A DNA stretch of 64,000 bases from the human T2T-CHM13v2.0 reference genome, Homo sapiens. Each line of letters starts with the position of its first letter. The first letter of the stretch is position 1. The stretch lies in assembly GCF_009914755.1 (NCBI RefSeq), contig NC_060937.1; one strand, given 5' to 3'. Shown here piece by piece: positions 11,339 to 26,879 of this stretch. The notes beneath the pieces are model-generated. The model did no database searches. It saw only the letters and a program-made list of their open reading frames with translations, and was not told the DNA's origin. The position numbers and the translations under genes are program-made.

Positions 11339-14300
11339 TTGTTCATCCCTTAGCTATCAGCTCAAGCATCACTTCCTCAGAAACTTTGTTTTTAATTTCA
11401 CAATAGTTACTCATCAAATTGTATTGCTTTTCTTATATCACTTTTCTGTCTGTGATCACTGATTCATCAGTGTGCTATTTTGATTACTGTGCTATTTTGA
11501 TTTCTGGCCCTAATAGCAGTAATATCGGTAAGAATAGGGGAGTGTATTTGTTGCCTACTCATCTGGAATCTCCAACATTAGGCATCATTGGCACATAGTA
11601 GGCACTCAACAGATAGTACTTAACATATAGTTTCAAGTCAGAGTCAATGAGTAAGAAATGATTAATTTGGTTCATTTATGTAGATAAAGTAATCTGGTGA
11701 TGAATCAACAAAATATGAAGATTTCACACTTATGATTTTTAAAGCAGTCTTGAAAATGCAAGGGGTATTATTAATCTCAAACCAAACATCTTCACTGCAC
11801 TTTGGGGAATGATAAAACACACCAAAAAAGAAAAACCTCTTAAAATTTCAGTGGAATAGCATGCATTTTTAATGCATAGGTTTTGTTCATCCTTGAAAGT
11901 AGAAATACACTATGTATTAGATTTCTGGAAACTTTAATTTGCACACTACTATAATATGCAGGATTTCATGTAAAATAACCTGCAAGAGCTAATGGAATAT
12001 AAATCTTAAATAGGTGTACTATGAGTCACTAAAATTATGTATAACTTTTCAATGAAAAGATTTTTATGCAATCTATGGTACTCTCATAATTGTTATTGAG
12101 ATTTTTATATTTTTTCTAATTAATATTGCACAGGATTCTGTAATAATCTGAAACATTCTAAAAATGACTCAGAGAGTTATACTCTTACCCATAGAATTTT
12201 TCATAAAATAGCATACTCTATAAAATGGCTATATTTTTATTCTGCAAACTCTGATACAAAATTTAAATGGAAAATATCTAAAATGATTTACTGTTGTTTA
12301 TTGTAATTCAAACTGTAAAATAAAAATATATAATCACATCCATAAAACCAAATGATACATTTTATGTTAAGAGACTCTCAGTAATTCTGAAAATAATGAT
12401 ACATTCAAATGGTAGAGTTTAGATTAACGTAAGCCTTGAGAATGGAAACTAAAACAAAAAATACAAGGTACCCAATACTTTGATGGCAAATGCTTAACAG
12501 ACTCTAAAATGTCATGGCATTAATGGCTATTATATTTTCATTCTGTATTTGGGCAGTTTCTCTCAATTTTACTTGCTACCCTGCTTCTTTTTGTTAATAA
12601 TCATAATATCTTTCTGTGAAACATACTTTATTTGGGGAGTAATCCAAACACTAAGTCAGGGTGCCAGAGACTGATAAGGGCCTGGTGCTTAGTATTCATT
12701 GTTACCCCTGGAGAAATACACAATATAAAGGAGGCAAATGAGAGTGATCATACTGAACCTTAAATGAGCTATATCAAGCTATTGTTTTCCAACAGACTCT
12801 TCAAAGCACATCTTTTTATAATTTTCCTGATGAAATATTCCAGCTTATTAGACAGCCAACTGTTACAGCGGTAATGTGTCCTCATTTAACAATATTAAAC
12901 CCAAATGGCTATCAATGTTCAGTGCTCCTCTTTGTCACAGTAATAACCTTTATTTCACATTTTAATATTTTCTCAGTGGCAATGTCCTAAAGAATTGATT
13001 TATTTAGACTTTCTCTGGTAACATACAACATTGAATATCTCACTTTCACCCATTGAGATACAGAGGAGAAGCAATAAGTATTGTTAGGATAGAGAATGAG
13101 TCAAAGCTCATATTCGATTCAAAGCTGAATTATAATTCAATATAAAATTATTTGTTTACAATTCTGGAGTATTGTAATCAAATTAATGTTGATATTGAGT
13201 TTTAAAAATATCATTTACTGCAAATAATATGAAACTTTTTCTTTCAACTAGATTACCTTAATCAATACCTGGATTAAATTAATTCATAACCTAACATATA
13301 GGTAGCAGTCAAAAATGCCAAAATATAGAGCAAAACTGGCTTTTTTGGTAAAGAAAAAAATCACAAACCCTAAATGTATCTATTTTGAGTACATTATAAT
13401 TCAAGATAATTTTACTTAAAGTCATCTTTGGATATTATAAGCAGTGAGGTATCACATTGTTGCCACCAGTATTCGACGATTAAAATTTTCATTAAGCAAC
13501 TCTTAATGTGTGGTAATATTTGGCATATACATGGAGATACAATTATAAATGCTCCTTATGGATGACATATAATATTCACAAAATATTAAAGCATACTGTA
13601 ACCAAAAGACTGACATTGATGATGTACGGTAAACAAATACATAATTGGGAAACTTTTATACTGAGCTGCAAAATGCAAGTCATCTTGGGTTAGATTTGCA
13701 GATTTTTTTCTTGGACAGAGATGACACAGGTGCTTGCCTGTATGATGTGATGATGATGGTGGTGGCAGGGGTGGTTGTGACAATGGTGGTGAAATGTCAG
13801 GTCCCATTCTGGATAATTTTTGTCTTTTTTCTCATGTAAGCCTCACTTAGATTTCTTAAGAAAATTATAAATATCTACATTACAGAATTATAGAAAAATA
13901 GGCTATGAAACATTAAATAGCTTTCTCAAGTTCACAAATGCAGATTGCTTAGTTCCAAACCACAGCATTGCTTTCAAGAACAGAAGTTTCAGAATTACCC
14001 TGTGTAGCCAAAATCACACTGTGACTCTGATTTCAATCCCTAAACCTATGCTTAGCTCAAATTGTTTTATTAATCAAAAAGGTCTATAAATTAATTTTTT
14101 CAAAAAGACTTCAAAGATAATGATATCAAGACAGACATATTAACCTGCTCAAAATGAATCAAGCAACACTCTACTCCTTAGCAGCTCTCTTTTTTAGATA
14201 GAAAGCACTTTTGAGGAAACTTCAACTAGACCCAGATACACGTAGGAAGCAGTATTTTTTTTATACAATGTAATGAACGAAGTGAATGTTGGCATTGAAA

Positions 14301-17300
14301 TATCTTCACAGGTGTTGTGTAGATCCCACATGAGTCATTCCGTCTATACAATTCCAAGATAGAGGCATTACTATCCCCACCTACATGAGAGCACAGACTT
14401 CATGCTTTGTAGGAATACTTTATCACATTGGTGCCAATTTTTAATAAAATATATTATAATTGCATGTTTCTCTCTGGTCAAAATAGTAATAGTAACAATA
14501 AAAACAAAATAAATGTACACAGGAAAATATCTGGAGAAATTTAACATTGATAAGATATTTCAAAGTTAGATAGCCTTTTAATTGGAAGGAAATTAGGAGA
14601 ATAAATAGCACAAGGATTAATAAAGCTGGTTGGAAATCAGAACACTGAGGCATCATTAAAAATTGTATAATCCTTGATTAACTTTAGTATATTCAGTACT
14701 AGGTGAAATGCAGGAAGTGTACTTTTAAAGCTTTCCCAAATTTTTCGATATAGCTGATTCTAGCATTTGGAAGCCACTTGGAGTTTCAACTTCTCCCATT
14801 TTACATGTAAGAAAAATATTTTTCCCTTGCATACAAAGAGGCAAATGTATTTACTACACTTAAACCATTTTTAAATTATACAGAATATTTCTAGACTTTA
14901 ACATTGATTGTATAGAATCAATTCAATCTGGTATCTTTAATAAGATTTGGCATATAGTATCTAATGCAGTATCTATCCCTAAGTAAATCATAGAGAAAAT
15001 AATGAAAGGAAAACTCATGAATTAACTTGATGAACAAAACAACCTAGTTCTATAATTACAAAATTTCAGAGAGATTAAGAAGTAGCAAATAATTTTATAT
15101 TTTCATGAAAGGATATGGCTATATTTAACTTACAAGGATGCTATTTGCATGACTAAGTTAGATATATGAAACAATAATCATTATAAACAAGAATCAAAAC
15201 CAATAATGGAAAATCCTGCCATAATTATGTATCTAAAAGTTTAAAGAGCATATTTTCATCAAAACATGATTAAAGCAATAATAAGAAGGTGAAGTTTAAA
15301 AAAGCATAGATTAATGTGATTACTTGTAGTCAAGGAAAATGCTAGGGGTGATGTACTCTTACTTTTTTAAATAAAACATTCTTGGAATAGTAATTAGAAG
15401 ATTTGTTAATGACTTCTTTTTGCCAAATGTACATATTTTGTGTTAATCTCATTTTGGAATTGAACAGAATTATAAATTATAGAAGAAATCTTATCCAAGT
15501 GATAGATGATTCCATATGCAATCAATAATTAATCATCTTTTTATATTTTATTTATTTTAATGTTCCCATGTAGGCCTCTAATGACTAATTTTTTTAAAGA
15601 AACCACTACAAATTCAATTTTCCCCCATCTCTTATTATATATTAGCTTTTTATCAGGCGTTGATATTGTACAGTATGCCATCATTTAAAAAATAGCATAC
15701 TTATTAAATTTGAGAGTATGAAATTCTATTGTACAATATCTGAATTAAACAATTAAACAAATAAACATTAATAATATATTATGTGCCCTTTTATGTGATA
15801 CATAATATAGAAACTGGTGAATAAAACAACCTTCAGAGACACACAGTCCAGTACATTGGGTCTCAATACATACATTAGAAGAAATTCAAAGAATTGTTTT
15901 TAAGTAACTGCTTCTCACTAGTTATCACTGATTTTAATGCCAAGAGTTACAATAAATTATACTCACACAAAACTCTCTTCTAAGTTAACATAGCGCTATT
16001 AATCCCTAGAGTAGCGACAATGCCTTAAGCCTTAATATGATTAATTATGTTATAATTAGTTTAGAGACAGGCCACTCTCACCTTTACAATTTTTTTTCTC
16101 AAGTACATTCTCCAATTTTCACTGCTATAAGCATAATAGAATGCATTGCCTGTCTTGAATAAAGCAACTATGAAACAATCATTTGAACCAGAAAGCTTTC
16201 TATTGACCCGGAGATATAAAATTATTCACCCCACAGAATAATGTACTTATAGCTGACCAGAATACAGTAGTGTCAAAAAGAAGAGTAAAGGACATCAATA
16301 CAGAGCAAACTTGATTTTCTTTTAGCTCATGAATTTATATATATAAAAGGCAGAGACAAGACAATATTTTTTCATGGAATATGTTTATATTTTCATCATA
16401 TTATATTTGTATGAAATATTAGGAACAAACAGTGCTGCTTTACAGTGTCACTGGCTAATTACATGTCTCATATAAAGAGTATTATTTTATAACAATATTT
16501 AAAATGAATATCACACTTGTTTGATAATTTGACCTTCACAAATATTTGCATAAGATAAAAAATAAGAAGAAATCTTAAGCCAGTTTCCAGCTTAATAAAA
16601 AGAAGCTCTTTATGTTTCCTCTGCTATTTAATTCCTTTAGTATATAATTGGTTCCACATAATAATATTCAGCCCTACATTCATTAAATAAAAAGACATGC
16701 ATTATTGCCCCAATAACTCAGAATGGAGACCTGTGTAGCAATTTTTGACTATGAAGGAATTTGAAAGCACATATGACTCCCTTTATGCCCACATAGAACA
16801 GCTCATAACATCTCACTGATAGGTTTAATTGTTCATGCTCATTAATTTTTTCATTCAATGTCCTTTCATTTTTGTATCTAAAGGACTTAGTGTTCCAAGC
16901 TAAAGTTGAAAAGTGAAAAAAATACAACAAAATGTTGTTATTCTCTACAAGAATTAAAGGAACATTTTTCTCCCTGAAATAAATGTAACTATGTGTATTT
17001 CTCCATGCAGCTGTCGAACTGAACTGTGACATGGCCAATTCGTTCTTTTCAGCTGTCCTTATGATGGATCCACAAGCTCTGTCCTTTCCAAGCTGATTTA
17101 TTATTTTTTTTGTTTTGCTACTAAAGTTGGATGATTTGGGTAGCTCACAAAAAAGATGTTTGTTTGCTGACCTAGTTAAATGACATGGTTACCTTTGTAT
17201 AAACAAATGATAATCCCTCTTCCACACACGGAGATGCATATCTTAAATCTGTCAGTAACTAGAGCTAAAGGATTCTGTATTGTTCTTTATACTTAACTAG

Positions 17301-19582
17301 AGAAAAGCAATAACACAAATAAGGAAATGGCATTTTGTTCAGACATTGGACATCTTGTCAATTCAAGTGTCATCAAGAATTAAATAGGTAAGTCACCTAA
17401 TTTAAAAGGATAAATACAAATCAAAAACATAAGGGGCAAAAAACATTGGTCAGACATTTTAATAAATATAGACTGTCTGGGTAGCAGTTATATATCCAAT
17501 CTGAGTCAAACATTCTGTTTCATATATTTTTAAGAGGAAATGTACTTTTAACAACTTTATTCTACAATTTCATCCTCTTTTAGAAAAGCTAACAGCAATG
17601 TTCTCATTCAGATGTTGAGTGCTTTAAAAGGCCAGACCTCATCACTTCCAATAAGTGCTCTGTGGCTTAAACCTGCATACTGAACACAAGCCATAATTAT
17701 ACTTGAAGTACTCCCTTGCATTTCTTCAAAATGATCTATTTCTTTCCACTTATCCATAAATAGTCAATTACATTTTCTATTTTTCTACAATCACTTCATT
17801 TTCACAAACTATTTCAGAAATTTTCCTTCTCTATTTATCTCCTTATAGTTTAGTTGGTTTCCATAAATTTAAAACATTCAAAACTATCATTATAAAACAT
17901 TAGGAAATATTCTTTACATTATGAGGAAAAACAAGTACCATGGATTACTGTCGTATATCTAAAGTTTAGAGTACACTATTCACTAAGACTTGAGTAAATA
18001 TAATATAGATGTTTGTTTAGTCTGACTATAAATTATAAAATTTATTGAATAAAATAGTTGAGTTCCACCAGCCATACTTTATATTAAGTTGTAACACAGT
18101 ATTTCAAATGATGAGTTTCTACAATCTAGGCCCATGTAGACAGCAGCAGCAATAACTGCTATATTGTTTCATATAATAACAAAATTTATCTGAATGAGAA
18201 AAAGCAGTAAAGAATGGCTTAGGGATATTTCAGTTGTTACCAAAGTCTGGAACCAGGTTAGTGAATGGTCTGGAGATATTTTACCTGGTTTATTACATTA
18301 CACTTGTTGAACATTCCATCATATGTGAATACCAGTTCCTTGGTGGTAATACTGTATTCTACTTGTGAATTTTCTATGCTGTATTTGGTAAGTTTATTTT
18401 GCATCCATAGTACAAAGATTATAGATATGCATCTGATATGAAAAGGCTAGAAACCTTGATAGCAGTATGGCAGACTGACTAATTTGAAAATTATTTGTTC
18501 ATAATATATTATTTAATTACCTTTCAATGTAAACCAAAAAGAAATAGGACATACAATACAGACTAATTATATTTAGAGTTTGAACACGTGCTAACATATT
18601 AAAATTCCTTAAGAAAAGCTTGTCATATCTAGGTAGAGGTGAATCCATGTGTTTTGATCATTTTAATTAAACCAAATTGACTTGATCTAAAACTCTCTAT
18701 CTGCAAATAATGCAGTTCTCTAAAGTGGACTTTTCACATATATTCCATAAAATATAGTAACTCTGAATAATACAACTGTGAATTTAAAACCAAAATTAGA
18801 TTACATCTGTAAAAAATTGTATTATTGTTAAGTTGAAAAAATTAAAACTATACAAATTAAAAGATGCTAAAAATAGGGTGAATTTTTATTTATATTAATA
18901 TTCTATATTAGGACACCATAAGTACAATTGTCTTTTATAAGATATTTTGTTTTCTCACAAAATGTTTTGTCATGAGTGAACATATGGCTATTCAGAGATT
19001 TAACAGAATCAGGCCTACTAGAATTATTCAGCAATGTTGCTCTCCTGACAAGCCCAAAGAGTTTTTAGATATTTTCTGCACAAAAGATCCAAAATTGACA
19101 TGTACTTGCATGAATATTTCAAATCAAAGTAGAAAATCAAATCAAATAAAATAAAATGACACAACACTTTACTGAGTCTTAAAGTTAACTTCTTCTACGG
19201 AAATATTATAACTAGATATGGTAAGGTTTAGGTGTTTCATTTTCTTTTCTAGTTTTATTGTTTAAATTTTGATTAATGGTCATTAATCACTCATCAATTA
19301 GGCCCTGGCACTTCAGAGCCTATCTTCACTTGCATAAATTGTTTTCACTGTTCATATCTTGGAAGCACAAAAGCTGGCATAAGAACTTCAAATTTGAATT
19401 AATCGACCCCAAGCATACTTACACAGAGATGGTGGTTGTTGGAATAAATGCATCTAGATAGCTCATCAGTTTCTATATTTGTTTATGTTTAATAGTCACA
19501 GTGTTCCCTCATTAACTGAATCAGAAGTTTGGAATGGAGTTTAGTAATCTGATATGTTAACAAGTTCTCTTCTTTATTCTTA

Positions 19583-19804
<222 letters not shown>

Positions 19805-19808
<4 letters not shown>

Positions 19809-21066
19809 CTATGTGTCTGTTTTTGTACCAGTACCATGCTGTTTTGGTTACTGTAGCCCTGTACTATAGTTTGAAGTTGAGCAGAGTGATGCCTCCAGCT
19901 TTGTTCTTTCTGATTAGGATTACCCTGGCTATTCAGGCTCTTTTTTGGTTCCATATAAATTTTAAAATAGTATTTTCTTGTTCTGTGAAGAATCTCAATG
20001 GTAGTTTAACAGGAATAGAATTGAATCTATAAATTGCTTTGGGCAGTATGGCCATTTAATGATATTGATTCTTCTTATCCATGAGCATGGAATGTTTTTC
20101 TATTTGTTTGTGTCATTTCTGATTTCTTTGAGCAGTATTTTGTGGTATTCCTTGTAGAGCTCTTTTACTTCCCTAGATAGCTGTATTCCTCAGTATTTTA
20201 TTATTTTTGTGGCAACTGTGAAAGGGAATATGTTTTGATTTGGCTCTCAGCTTGACTCTTGTTGATGTACAGAAATGCTAGTAATTTTTGCACGTTGATT
20301 TTGAATCTTGAGACTTGCTGAAGTTGTTTATCAGCTTAAAAAGCCTTTGGGTGGAGACTATGGATCTCTCTAGGTATATAATCATGTCATCTGCAAACAG
20401 GGATAGTTTGACTTTCTGTCTTTGTATTTGGGTGCCCTTTATTTCTTTCTCTTGCCTGATTGCTCTGGCAAGGACTCCCAATATTATATTGAATAGATAT
20501 AGTGAGAGAGGGTATCCTTGTCTTGTGATCGTTTTCAAGGGGAATGCTTCCAGCATTTGCCTATTCCGTATGATGTTCGCTGTGAGTTTGTTATAGATAA
20601 CTTACTATTTTGAGGCATGTTCCTTCAAAACCTAGTTTACTGAATTTTTAACATGAAGGAGTGTTGAATTATATCAAAAGCCTTTTCTTCATCTACTGAA
20701 ATAATCATGTGTTTTTTTGTCTTTATTTCTGTTTACGTGGTGAATGACATTTATTGATTTGTGTATGTTGAACCAACCTTGCCTCTTAGGGATACAGCCT
20801 ACTTGACTGTGGAGGATAAGCTTTCTGATTTGCCACTGGTTCAGTTTGCCAGTATTTTGTTGAGGATTTTTGCATCGAAGTTCATCAAAGAAATTGGCCT
20901 GAAGATTTCTCTCTCTCTTTTTTTTTTTTTTTTGTTTCTCTGCCAGGTTTTGGTATCAGGATGATGCTGGCCTTATAGAATGAGTTAGGGAGGAGTCCCT
21001 CCTCCTCAGTTTTTTGGAATAGTTTCAGCAGGAATGGCATGAGCTCTTCTTTGTACATCTGGTAGA
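19805..21066 (-). mobile_element. L1 (L1PA/PB) ORF2 internal fragment lacking a 3' end
   Basis: Minus ORFs [18 protein letters not shown]...[13 protein letters not shown]...[10 protein letters not shown] (RT motif) and [14 protein letters not shown]...[17 protein letters not shown]. Confidence 0.95.
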
Positions 21067-21469
21067 AAAAACTATATACCATGATCTTTGAAGAGACAGA
21101 AAGCATTCTCACTGATTTATTTTAACATTAGTAAACAGTATATACATGGAATTGTAGAATTATACTTCTAAATACCTTTACAGTTTAGAAATCTCATTAA
21201 GCAGTTAAACCTTAGTGTAGCGCCTTTTATAGTGTAGTATTCAGTTATTCTTTTTGAGGAAGAGGTGGAGGACCAGCTGAAGAACACCGAAGAATCATAT
21301 CCACAATCAGACATGTTGGTAAACACTAATCTGCTGGCTGCTTGTTTGAAGTTTTGAGTTCATCTTTATTGATGCATGCTTTATATCTCGCTCCTACTCT
21401 ACCCTATATCCTTGCACTACTAAGCCTGCATCTCCTATTCTGAGATGAGAACACTTCTTTGTCCTAACC

Positions 21470-21650
21470 CAATATTTCTCAAACTGTTTGATGAAAGAAA
21501 TATTTGGAGATAACTGGCAAACGCACAGAATTCAAAGCCCTACCTAAGTCTACATTTTCAGAGCCTCCTGGAATAGTGTCTAGAAACTGCAAAATAATAA
21601 TCTCCAAGTACCTCTGATGATTTTTATTATGCTGCAGTCAAGGTTATTGC
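21470..21650. mobile_element. MER5B-like hAT DNA transposon relic
   Basis: caatatttctcaaactg...cagagcctcctggaatagtgtctagaaactgc...tgatgatttttat. Confidence 0.5.
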
Positions 21651-21824
21651 TCTTTACCTTATTATCTGATTCACAATATTCCTTCTCCTTCAACACTTCT
21701 AATTGATCTCAGTAAGCATAATATATCACATGGATAAGTCTGCGTTTCTCTGTTCTTTGATCATCAGCGTACATTTCCTCCCTTTTACTTTTGCCACAAA
21801 CTCTTTAAAAACTATCATCACCAG

Positions 21825-22256
21825 TATGAAAAGGAAAACTGAGGCAGGTAAAATTTTTAAAGAGTTTATTTGCTGAAACAGTGATTCATGTATTGGTCCT
21901 CTCCAAAACAGAAGTGGTTTGGGGGCTCCATTGAGGGAACACAAAGCGAATGCTTTTATAGAGTAAACACAGAAGTAAAACAAACAGACAAAAAAATTGA
22001 TTGGTTATGGTTATTCAGTTGCCTTCTTTGACCTATTCTGCTGAAAAGTCTGCAGTTATATAACTTTAAGTTAGTTAGCAGCTTCTATTGGCTAGCCTTA
22101 AGTTTCATTTTTCTTTCTATAGGCATTTATAAAACATAGCTTAAGTTTTGCTTCTGTTTGCAGATCTAGCAAGATTATTGTTACTTATGAGGCCTAACTG
22201 GCTTTGTCTGTTTAGAGTTTCTTCTGACCTGGTGTCCATCTTAACTTGCTTTAACA
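21825..22256 (-). mobile_element. ERV1-class solo LTR (subfamily not resolved)
   Basis: Minus strand starts tgttaaagc, carries CCAAT (gattggtt), TATA (ttttata) and AATAAA (tttatt) in LTR order; 4-bp TSD ccag at 21821-21824 and 22257-22260. Confidence 0.8.
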
Positions 22257-22449
22257 CCAGAAACAGTAGAACTTCTAAAAATCACAAATTCATGCATTCA
22301 GTTCAAACCATTATTTTTCATCTATTCACGTTTCCTCCTAAAGTGGCCTCATAGAAACAACTTTTCACTCTCATGGGAAAAAAGAATACACGCACTCCAA
22401 CCCTACATTTTTATGTGGACGGTCCAATGTTTGCTTTCTTCTTTATCCA

Positions 22450-23890
22450 GTGTAGATTCTATGGTTCATTATCACAATCCCTCTCTTGAAAATGTCCTTA
22501 ATTATCTTGTCCATTTGGCCTTCAGATATATTTGTCTGGTACTCTAATCACTGGTAAACCCAAACATTTATTTTCTGTATGTTTTACTAATGGAATTACT
22601 TATTCCTGAAGAAAATTCCACATCCTGCAATGAGAATGTTAATGTAAATTTATGAATACTAACATCATGTGGGCACTTAGCAAAGATCATCTGCTCACTC
22701 TCTACACATATCGTATTCTACCTTTTCCTCTTTCCTCAAACCTGCCATACTTTTCTCTCTGCTGATGACTTTAACTCTTATGTGATTGAGAAAATAAAAG
22801 CTGTGAGACACAGATCCCTTCATCTTTTTTTTAGCTGAAATGCTCAACAGATTTGCCTCTGAGTCTATTTTTATTTTCTCTTCTTCTGTGAAAGTGAAAG
22901 AAGTGTTTCGTGTTTCACCCTCAGTCAAAGACTGTTTCTCCACAGATGCTATGGATCACATTTAAATGACTTGCACTGCACTTATTTCTAAAGCATTATT
23001 TACATCTTCTTCTCAAATGAACCATTCACTTGAGCCCAGGAGTTTGAGGTTGCAGCGAACAATGATCACACCACTGCATTTCAGCCTGGGTGACAGAGCA
23101 AGAACTCGTTAAAAAAAAAAAGAAAGAAAGAAAGAAAGAGAAGGAAGAAAAAAAACTCTCTCTTTCACTTCTAAATCCCCAAAAAGCTTCTAAAAATTTA
23201 GTTTTCTTCAAAAATCCATCTTTTGGTTGTTTATATTTTTTATTATGCCATCCATATGTGGTTCCATTCATACCCATCATTTAAATGCCATCTATTTGAC
23301 AACTGCTTCCAACATAGTATGTATGATATAAAACACTTATCTGAGTCTCCAAATTATATATTTAAATACCTGATTTGATTCTGTCTATAAATATTTAGTA
23401 AATATCTGAAATATAACAAAAATTTAACTGTTGTTTTTCCCCATATTCCATCACTTGCTTCCCCTCTCAAATAAACTGTGAGACTCCCTTAATTAATTTC
23501 TTTCCATTTTGCTCCCTATTTGTCAGTCAAGAATATAGATTCAATCTCTAGTGTTATCATAAGATGATATTATCAATCTGGTTTCCTTCATCTGCTCTGA
23601 CATCACTGATATCATGTCTAGACATCTTTAGTTGCCTTTCCTAAGTGGTTCACCTCTATCAGTCTGGTCCAGCAAAGTCCATTCCCCATCTGACTACCTT
23701 AATGAGCTTTTGAAAATGTAAAGTGGCTCATGTTATTCTTCTCAATGTTCAACGATGGATTTCCATTAAACTTAATATAAAGGGGCTTTTGTGTATAAGC
23801 TCTTTTACAATCTGGCTCTTGCCTATCTCAAGAAACATTATTTTAATTGAGTCTCCTTTCTCACTCATTATGCTTTAGTGCAGAAGTGGA
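22450..23890 (+). mobile_element. Degenerate L2 fragments
   Basis: gctgatgactttaactcttatgtgattgagaaaataaaagc; taatgagcttttgaaaatgtaaagtggctcatgtt. Confidence 0.5.
23025..23150 (+). mobile_element. Alu right-arm fragment (AluJ/FRAM-like) with A/(GAAA) tail
   Basis: cacttgagcccaggagtttgaggttgcagcgaacaatgatcacaccactgcatttcagcctgggtgacagagc. Confidence 0.85.
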
Positions 23891-24199
23891 TATTTTGAGG
23901 CCTATAGATGTTGAGAGACAATTTTCAATGTCTCTTATGTTTCCACACATCTTGCAAACAGAGACAACAACTGTCCATTCTAGTTAATTTTCTTAAGTAT
24001 AAGTTTATATAGTGAGTAACTTTGGAAGACAGAGTTAGTATCCCTTCAGAGCTAAGGGTCTGCTTAAAGCCTTGGAAGACAAAGATGACATCTATACCTA
24101 GACCAAAATGGCAGATGTGTTTTGCCATCATAAAAATAATTATAAAATTATTCTAAAATAATAGGTTCTTCCTTTTCTATAATGCAATCCACACATATG

Positions 24200-24418
24200 C
24201 AGGTGTCAGCTGGCTCTGCCTTGGTCAGTGGGGAATGAGACTGGAAGAACCAACACAAATGCTGATAACCTGGCCACCACTGTTATGTGAGTAATAAACT
24301 GTCCATTTTCTCTGACACAGGAATCTCACATCTTTTTCCAGAATTGATGAAACTGTTGAAGAATAACTTGTTAGATTGCAAGTAGGGTAAAATCTTAGGC
24401 CCTCCACAGTTCTTGACA
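24200..24418 (+). mobile_element. ERVL-class LTR 3' part (MER54/MER74-group-like)
   Basis: gtgagtaataaactgtcc...gcaagtagggtaaaatcttaggccctccacagttcttgaca. Confidence 0.65.
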
Positions 24419-25029
24419 ATGGAAAGGAGTATTATATAGTCTTGATAGTAATCCCTGTGTGTTTGTTTTTTGCAAAACTATTTGCCAATATTGAAAAATG
24501 TGGAGATTATGTGTAAATATTTAGATCTAAGTTCTTCTTTAAAAATCATAATTTCAACCTAACCTGGACCTTCTTTCCATCACTTGAGTTGGGTAGAGAC
24601 TCTAATCTTTATATGAAATGTGCATTCTCAATTCACCAGAGACATGTCACCATCTTGTTACCTTAATACTGAGATCCACTGTCATTTGACATTTATCATT
24701 GAGCTTGCCCTGCTGTTTTTGGTATTGCCAAGTTGAAGGAGAAAACAAAAGATAGACCCAAAGGACCAGTGTGTATCACAAAAATTAGGACAGAGCATAT
24801 TTCTTTCTGATAGTAAAACATATTCCTATGTGTTTTATATGCAATCACAGAGTGTCCCTGTGGGAATAATACAATTAAGATTCCATTAATATGCAAATGA
24901 AGTGTATATGGTTGAAAAAAATACAACTAAAGACACTGACATTGTTCTATTTAACTCATGTACCTAACTTGACTGGCTCTAATAAGCATTCGAGTTACAG
25001 ACTTTGCTGCAGCCCAAATGGCCTGCTCA

Positions 25030-25400
25030 GAGTTCCTAAAACAAGCCAAGGACAGTCCTACTTAGTGCCCTTTCATGCTTGTCCATCTGCCAGGGGTGCA
25101 TTTTCTGTGGATCTTCACAAGGCCTGCTTCATTTTATCCTCCAAATCTCAGTTTAAATATCATCTCAGAGAGGTTGTCTCCAAACATCTTTTCTAATTAG
25201 ATTTGCCTTAGTTATTTTCTACTATGGCACATTTTCATGATCTTAATATAAATTTTCTAAATTTCTAGTTTCATATTGATTTATTTATGTATTTAATCTC
25301 TATTTTATGACTAGACTATAAGCTTCTTGAGGAAAGAGACCCTAGGTTTTTATATCTAGTGTATAGCAAAGCATATGACTATAGTGAATTTAATATTAGA
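25030..25400 (+). mobile_element. L2 3' fragment
   Basis: tctcagtttaaatatcatctcagagagg...ctagactataagcttcttgaggaaagagac. Confidence 0.6.
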
Positions 25401-25804
25401 GGAGTAAACAAAAAAAATTCCTAAAATATATTCTGATAGGGTAGTTTGACATGCTGACTCTGTATGTGGTGTACTTCGCCCTGAGAAATTTTATTGACAA
25501 GGTACCATTTTGGGTAGTCCTGACCTCTTAAGAATTTTGCTCTTTTGTGAAGTTTGCCCTAACATAAAGTGAAAAGAACTCCCTAGAGTAAAAATACAAT
25601 GCAGAGTTGGAAAGAGATACACACAATCCACTCTCATGAGTTGGGGAAAATTTGCTGGGGCACACTACTTTTTATAATGTCTCCCAAATATATCATCACA
25701 CATATCAAGTTAGCAAATGAATAGGATGACTCATGCTATTTGGTTTTATAAGCTTGTGCCTCCATTTTTATTATTTATTTAGTAAATAATTTGATCTTCC
25801 ATAA

Positions 25805-26160
<356 letters not shown>

Positions 26161-26879
26161 TTTTAAAGCTTATTTAACATTAACATGGCTCTATTAAATT
26201 TTAGATGCGCATATTCTTAGTAAATTTCTTTATCATATTATTATTCTTTCTAAAAGACACATGAATCATGTTTTAAAGAGATGAAGGGGTGGATGTATCA
26301 TCAAACAATGTAATACATTCACTAACACCTTTTAATGAATGTATACATTATGATATATATTACACAATTTTTTCACTGTATTTTTCACATTAGTTTCACA
26401 CATTAGAAATGCGATTAAGCTATTATAAGAAAAATCTAGAATTTGATTATACATATACATATATTCGTACATTTATATAATATGAATTTTATAAAAACGC
26501 AGGCATGTAATGTAGAAAAACATGGGCAAGATTACTGCACACATTTTTGAATTTCTTCATTCTTTTTTTGAAAATGGCTCTTTCCCCCATCCAATGTGGT
26601 TTTAGATGTGAGTTCCATGAAACAATATTATTATAATAAAAACTAGTTAATTTTTTGCTTTTTTGCAGTTGCTCTGTTTTTTATAATTATCTATTTTCTT
26701 TAATGAAAATTTATTTTTACCTTTATTTTTTACTAGAGAAAATGATAAAAGAAAGATGAAATAACTAGACCAATTTTATGTAACATGAAAGGAACTGGGA
26801 TTTGAAAATATATAGTTTGACTTTAGAAACTTTAGATATTATGTTTTCCTGTTTTATTCTCACAGCATTATTCTACTAT

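Larger units (their letters stand above)
10320..11625 (+). mobile_element. Fragmented L2 host element interrupted by L1PA and an Alu monomer
   Basis: cctaaagtcatgccctccatctgctctttggattc; cagctcaagcatcacttcctcagaaac; ggcacatagtaggcactcaa. Confidence 0.55.
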
